Shown in pieces: positions 60,133 to 64,000 of a stretch of DNA of 64,000 nt; positions within the stretch are counted from its first letter, which is position 1, and every line of letters starts with the position of its first letter. The translations under genes and the position numbers were made by a program. The notes below the pieces were generated by a model. The model was given only the letters and a program-made list of their open reading frames with translations. It ran no database searches and was not told the origin of the DNA. This DNA is from an uncultured Collinsella sp. (GTDB taxonomy: Bacteria > Actinomycetota > Coriobacteriia > Coriobacteriales > Coriobacteriaceae), in the NCBI GenBank assembly GCA_900541475.1, contig UQJV01000001.1:34245-98244 (forward strand), given 5' to 3'.

Positions 60133-62103
60133 ATGTGCTCTCCGGGCGCCTTGCCGTCTGCGGATTTTGGGACATGCGGCCCGCTTTTTCGACCCATCTG
60201 TCGGTACACTAAAGGGACTATGGGTACCCGCGAGCGACATATCGGCCACGCGGCCGCCCGGACCGCGCCGGTTGCGGATCCCAGGGGTGGCAGGCTCTTC
60301 GCCATGCCGCGATTCCTTGTTGGCATAACACATCAGGTGTACCGCCACCGCGTCTTTGCTATCGCCGGCGCCATCACCGCGCTGTTCCTCATGCTTTTGG
60401 CGGTCTTGCCGGCGCTGTTCGCCTTCGACCCCAAACTTTCTAACGCCGTGCCCGCCTATAGCAAGGTGTCCGAAGAGGTCGTGGATGCGCTCGCCCATTC
60501 GAGCTCTCTCCCGCTGCTTGTCGCCGCAATTGTATTTTCGATCTGGGGCGTATCGGTCTATCTGCGCTGTTTGGACTATGTGTTGCGTCGCCGCCTTGTG
60601 GCCATCGCCACCATCTGCGCCTTGTGGATGATCGAAGTCATTCTCAAGTACAAGTCGTTCACGCCGTTCTATGCCACCGTGCTGTGGTACCTGTACTACG
60701 TGCCCATGACGCTCATTCCGCTGCTCTACCAGCTCTGCGGCCTGCGCCTTGCGGGCCTGGAGCAACACCGCCTGGGTCGCCGCTACTGCGCTGCGCTGTG
60801 GATTGCGGCCATCCTGCTTATCGGATTTGTGCTCACCAACGATTTTCATCAGCAGGTCTTCCGCTTTGACCGTACAAGCGACACCTGGAGTAACGATTAC
60901 ACGTACGGCTGGGGTTATTTTGTCGTTCTCGTGTGGACGGTCTTCGACTTCGTGGCCTTTTTTATCCTGGTTGGTCGGTCCTCGTCCTTTCGCATCCAGC
61001 GTTTCTCGGGCACGGCGGCGCTCGTACTGCTGGGTGGCGCATTCTTTGCCGTCTCGTATGCGTTGCGCGTGCCCTGGGCATGGAGGCTCAACTTTTCGCT
61101 CGTCTATTGCGTCCTGTGCGTGGTGGCGATGGAAATCTGTCTCGATTGCGGTGTCATTCCGTCGTATCACGACATCGCCGGCATCTTCGACACCTTGCCG
61201 CTCGACCTCAAAGTCCTAACGCGCGACCTGCAGGAGGTCTATGCCACGCCGGTGTCAAAGCCAATGCCGGTAGGCGTGCGCGAGGAGTTGCGGACCCAGG
61301 AGCACGGCCGCGCCCATGCCTTTGCCGTGGCGTCCGATCCCAATGTGATGTACCGTGCCTTTCCGCTGCTGGGTGGATCGGCGCTGCTTGCCCAAGACGT
61401 GTCGGAGCTCAACGAGCTTAACCGTGAACTGGCACATCGTCGCATGGAGCTGCAGCGTCAAAACGAGCTGCTCGCCGCCGACTACGACCTTAAGACGCAT
61501 TTGGCAGATCAAGAGGCCGAGACCTTGCTGGTCCAAGATGTGGACCAAGCGCTTGCCCGCGCGCTCGAAGGGATGTACGACCTGCTGAGCTCGCTGCCGC
61601 CGTTGACCGACGAAGCGTCTTCGCACGAGCGCTACCGCATGCTGCAGCGCGCCAAGATGCTCGTCGCCTATTGCAAGCGCAAGGGGTCGCTCACGTTGGC
61701 ACAGCACGGGGAGAGCGGTTTTGATCGCGACCGCATTCAGCTCATTGCCAACGAGCTCGCAAGCGACCTGCGCACCATCGATATCGATTGCGCCTCGATT
61801 ATCGCCATACGGCGCCCGTTGCACGCCAGTACGGTAAGCGCCCTGTACGACTGCGTGTATGACTTTGCGTTTTTTGCCTACACCACCGACCATCCGGCGC
61901 TTATGTATCACTTGGGCGACCATGACCGATGCAGTGTCGAGCTGCGCGCCACGCTTTTTTCCAACGATGATGAAGATCTTTCGCAGACGCTCGCTGCGCA
62001 AGAGCTCGAAAGCGCTCTGCAAGGGCGCAACGTGGCATACCGCCTTGAGGGCGAGCCCGGCCAGCTGCACATGATTGTCTTGATGCCGAGGGCGGGTGAG
62101 TGA
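60133..62103 (+). CDS. polytopic membrane sensor-like protein paralogous to downstream kinase but lacking the H-box histidine (pseudo-kinase); start uncertain
   Basis: At least 8 TM helices; LLVQDVDQALARAL aligns with VHDVIGQRLSIL of next gene (His to Gln). Confidence 0.55.
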   Translation: MCSPGALPSADFGTCGPLFRPICRYTKGTMGTRERHIGHAAARTAPVADPRGGRLFAMPRFLVGITHQVYRHRVFAIAGAITALFLMLLAVLPALFAFDPKLSNAVPAYSKVSEEVVDALAHSSSLPLLVAAIVFSIWGVSVYLRCLDYVLRRRLVAIATICALWMIEVILKYKSFTPFYATVLWYLYYVPMTLIPLLYQLCGLRLAGLEQHRLGRRYCAALWIAAILLIGFVLTNDFHQQVFRFDRTSDTWSNDYTYGWGYFVVLVWTVFDFVAFFILVGRSSSFRIQRFSGTAALVLLGGAFFAVSYALRVPWAWRLNFSLVYCVLCVVAMEICLDCGVIPSYHDIAGIFDTLPLDLKVLTRDLQEVYATPVSKPMPVGVREELRTQEHGRAHAFAVASDPNVMYRAFPLLGGSALLAQDVSELNELNRELAHRRMELQRQNELLAADYDLKTHLADQEAETLLVQDVDQALARALEGMYDLLSSLPPLTDEASSHERYRMLQRAKMLVAYCKRKGSLTLAQHGESGFDRDRIQLIANELASDLRTIDIDCASIIAIRRPLHASTVSALYDCVYDFAFFAYTTDHPALMYHLGDHDRCSVELRATLFSNDDEDLSQTLAAQELESALQGRNVAYRLEGEPGQLHMIVLMPRAGE

Positions 62104-63599
62104 CGATGCAGATTTCGCTCATTCTTCCCCAAATCGTTGCGCTCGATGTTGTCTTTGCCCTGGCCGCGTGCCTGCAGACGATCCACGTCCCGCTCATCGC
62201 ATCGCGCCGCTCGCCCTATAACCGTAAGGTGATTTGCGCCTACGAGGCGAGCCTTGTGCTTCACCTGGTGGTTTCGGCGCTCATCTTATTCGCGTCGTCT
62301 GGCTCGTATCTGGTGGCGCCGCTTGACGTTTGCGCCAGGGCAATGGGCGGAGCGTTGTGGCTCAATGCCGCAATCTTTGCCTATGGCGTGGTACTTATGG
62401 TGCACTATCGTCGCCTCGTCATGCTGGCCGAACTGTTGCTTGTTGTCGCCGTTACACCACCGGTGGTTTTTGCCATGGGCTCGGCGTGGACCGTTGTCCT
62501 TATCACGGAGGGGGCGTTCTTCCTGTTCCGCTCCATCGCGGCGCTCTTGATGGACGTCCGTAACCGCCAGGAGGATATCACCATGTTCTCGACGATCGAG
62601 ACCATCAACGTGATTCCCGTGGGCATCCTGTATCTAGACCCGAGGGGCCGTCCGCTGCTCATGAACCGCTGCATGCGCAAAAACCTCGTAGAGCTCCATA
62701 TGCCCACCGATCTGGGCGACATGAGCAGCACGTGGAACGACCTGCGCAAACTTAGCATGCAAATGCCTGAAAGCAGTAGAAACCGTGTGTGGATTAATCT
62801 GGACCGCTTTGGTGAGGCTCGTGCGGTGATCGAGATTTCTCCCGCCGAGATTCGCCTATTTGTGCACGACGACGTTATGGTTTCGGGCCGCCTCTTTGAG
62901 CGCATTATCGGCCTGGACGTGACGGAGTATGCGCATGCCCACGACCGCCTGGCACAAGCCAACCACCTGCTTGAGCTTGCGGGCCAGGAACTCCAGGCGC
63001 AGATCGAAGAGGTTAAAAAAGTTGCCGACAATGCGGCATACCTGCGTATGCGTGCCCGCGTGCACGACGTGATTGGGCAGCGCCTGTCCATTCTCCATCG
63101 CTATCTGGAAGAGGGGCGCCTGGACGACGAATCGCTCGAGCAAATTGACCCGTTGCTGCGCTCGATCACCGCCGACCTACGCAGTGGCGGCGCCAGCGAG
63201 CCGGCAGAGCAGCTGGGCGATATCGTCCACGCTTTTGGCTTGGTGAGCGTGCAGATTGATGTTGAGGGATCGCTCCCCGACGACGTGCGCGTCGCCGCGG
63301 CCTTTTTGCAGATTATCCGCGAGGCCTCGACCAATGCCACCAAGCATGCGCAGGCCCACCGGGTCCATGTGCGCCTGTGGCAGGAGGGGCGGGACGGCGA
63401 TGCCGTCGCGCGCATGACGATTTCCAACGATGGGTCCCCTGCCCCCGTATCGTATCGCGAGGGAACGGGTATCCCAGGTATGAGGCATGTCGCACAAGAT
63501 CTGGGCGGCAGCCTGGAAGTCCACGCCGCCCCGCCCTTTACGCTTGCGGTGTCCATCCCACTGAGCCCCGACGCCACGGTCCAAAGGAGAAGCTCATGA
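62100..63599 (+). CDS. membrane sensor histidine kinase (HisKA_3 type); GTG start overlapping upstream stop
   Basis: H-box RARVHDVIGQRLSILHRYLEEG; HATPase N-box EASTNATKHA and G-box GTGIPGMRHV. Confidence 0.85.
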   Translation: MTMQISLILPQIVALDVVFALAACLQTIHVPLIASRRSPYNRKVICAYEASLVLHLVVSALILFASSGSYLVAPLDVCARAMGGALWLNAAIFAYGVVLMVHYRRLVMLAELLLVVAVTPPVVFAMGSAWTVVLITEGAFFLFRSIAALLMDVRNRQEDITMFSTIETINVIPVGILYLDPRGRPLLMNRCMRKNLVELHMPTDLGDMSSTWNDLRKLSMQMPESSRNRVWINLDRFGEARAVIEISPAEIRLFVHDDVMVSGRLFERIIGLDVTEYAHAHDRLAQANHLLELAGQELQAQIEEVKKVADNAAYLRMRARVHDVIGQRLSILHRYLEEGRLDDESLEQIDPLLRSITADLRSGGASEPAEQLGDIVHAFGLVSVQIDVEGSLPDDVRVAAAFLQIIREASTNATKHAQAHRVHVRLWQEGRDGDAVARMTISNDGSPAPVSYREGTGIPGMRHVAQDLGGSLEVHAAPPFTLAVSIPLSPDATVQRRSS

Positions 63600-64000
63600 T
63601 CCGCGTCCTTATAGTCGAAGACCAGGCCATCCTGCGCGAGAGCTTGGCTCGCTCCGTTGGCGATCAGCCCGATATGACCGTTGTCGCCGCGATCGCCGAT
63701 GCATCCGAGGCTCTCGACGTCGTGCTTAAGGAGCGCCCAGACATGGTACTGATGGACGTGTGCACCGAGCATGACTCCAACGGCATCGTGGCGGCGGCAC
63801 GCATTAAAGAGGAGCTGCCCGAATGTCGCGTCATCATCATGACCGGCATGCCCGAGATCACCTTTGTCGACCAGGCGCGCGAGGCCGGCGTCGATAGCTT
63901 TGTGTACAAGAACGTCGGCATCGATGAGCTGTTCGCCGTGATGCGCTCCACGCTGGCGGGTTACTGCACGTTTCCCAAGCCGCCCGAGAGCATCTTTTCG
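63596..64000 (+). CDS. LuxR/NarL-family response regulator (3' end beyond window)
   Basis: MIRVLIVEDQAILRESL... REC domain with D residues (MDV), ATGA overlap with kinase stop. Confidence 0.8.
   Translation, partial: MIRVLIVEDQAILRESLARSVGDQPDMTVVAAIADASEALDVVLKERPDMVLMDVCTEHDSNGIVAAARIKEELPECRVIIMTGMPEITFVDQAREAGVDSFVYKNVGIDELFAVMRSTLAGYCTFPKPPESIFS

Overview
This is a high-GC (about 63-65%) chromosomal segment from a Gram-positive, LPXTG-using anaerobe. Content suggests Coriobacteriia/Eggerthellaceae, but that is an inference only. Most of the window is core or metabolic: a complete six-subunit energy-converting (Ech-type, group 4) [NiFe] hydrogenase operon with the EchA and EchB membrane subunits fused; a LuxR-family two-component system with an ABC-2 exporter; a MacB/FtsX ABC pump; MgtE and NRAMP metal transporters; a ribokinase plus nucleoside hydrolase pair; a licT/PTS/6-phospho-beta-glucosidase operon with a RAT/terminator leader; and a LacI-controlled sugar cluster (isomerase, split transketolase, FGGY kinase), luxS and a second GH1 enzyme. 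Accessory or unusual content: (1) directly after an initiator tRNA-fMet, an island of duplicated non-coding modules built from a 57-58-bp palindromic element (17-bp perfect terminal inverted repeats around a conserved 24-nt core) and arrays of ATGTCCGGAA operator half-sites, whose only cargo is an AlbA_2/Schlafen-like ATP-binding regulator-like protein; the same palindromic element recurs at 58.2 kb (7 copies in the window). (2) A lone IS3-type OrfA in an AT-rich island. (3) A 2080-aa, lower-GC, LPXTG-anchored VWA adhesin with tandem DNA repeats, bracketed by a separate family of hairpin-containing intergenic repeats. (4) REP-like TAGTCATT...AATGACTA palindromes after three genes. (5) A tandem sensor pair in which the upstream paralog has lost the phospho-acceptor histidine. 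Many long antisense ORFs in the ORF track are GC-driven artefacts and are not called.
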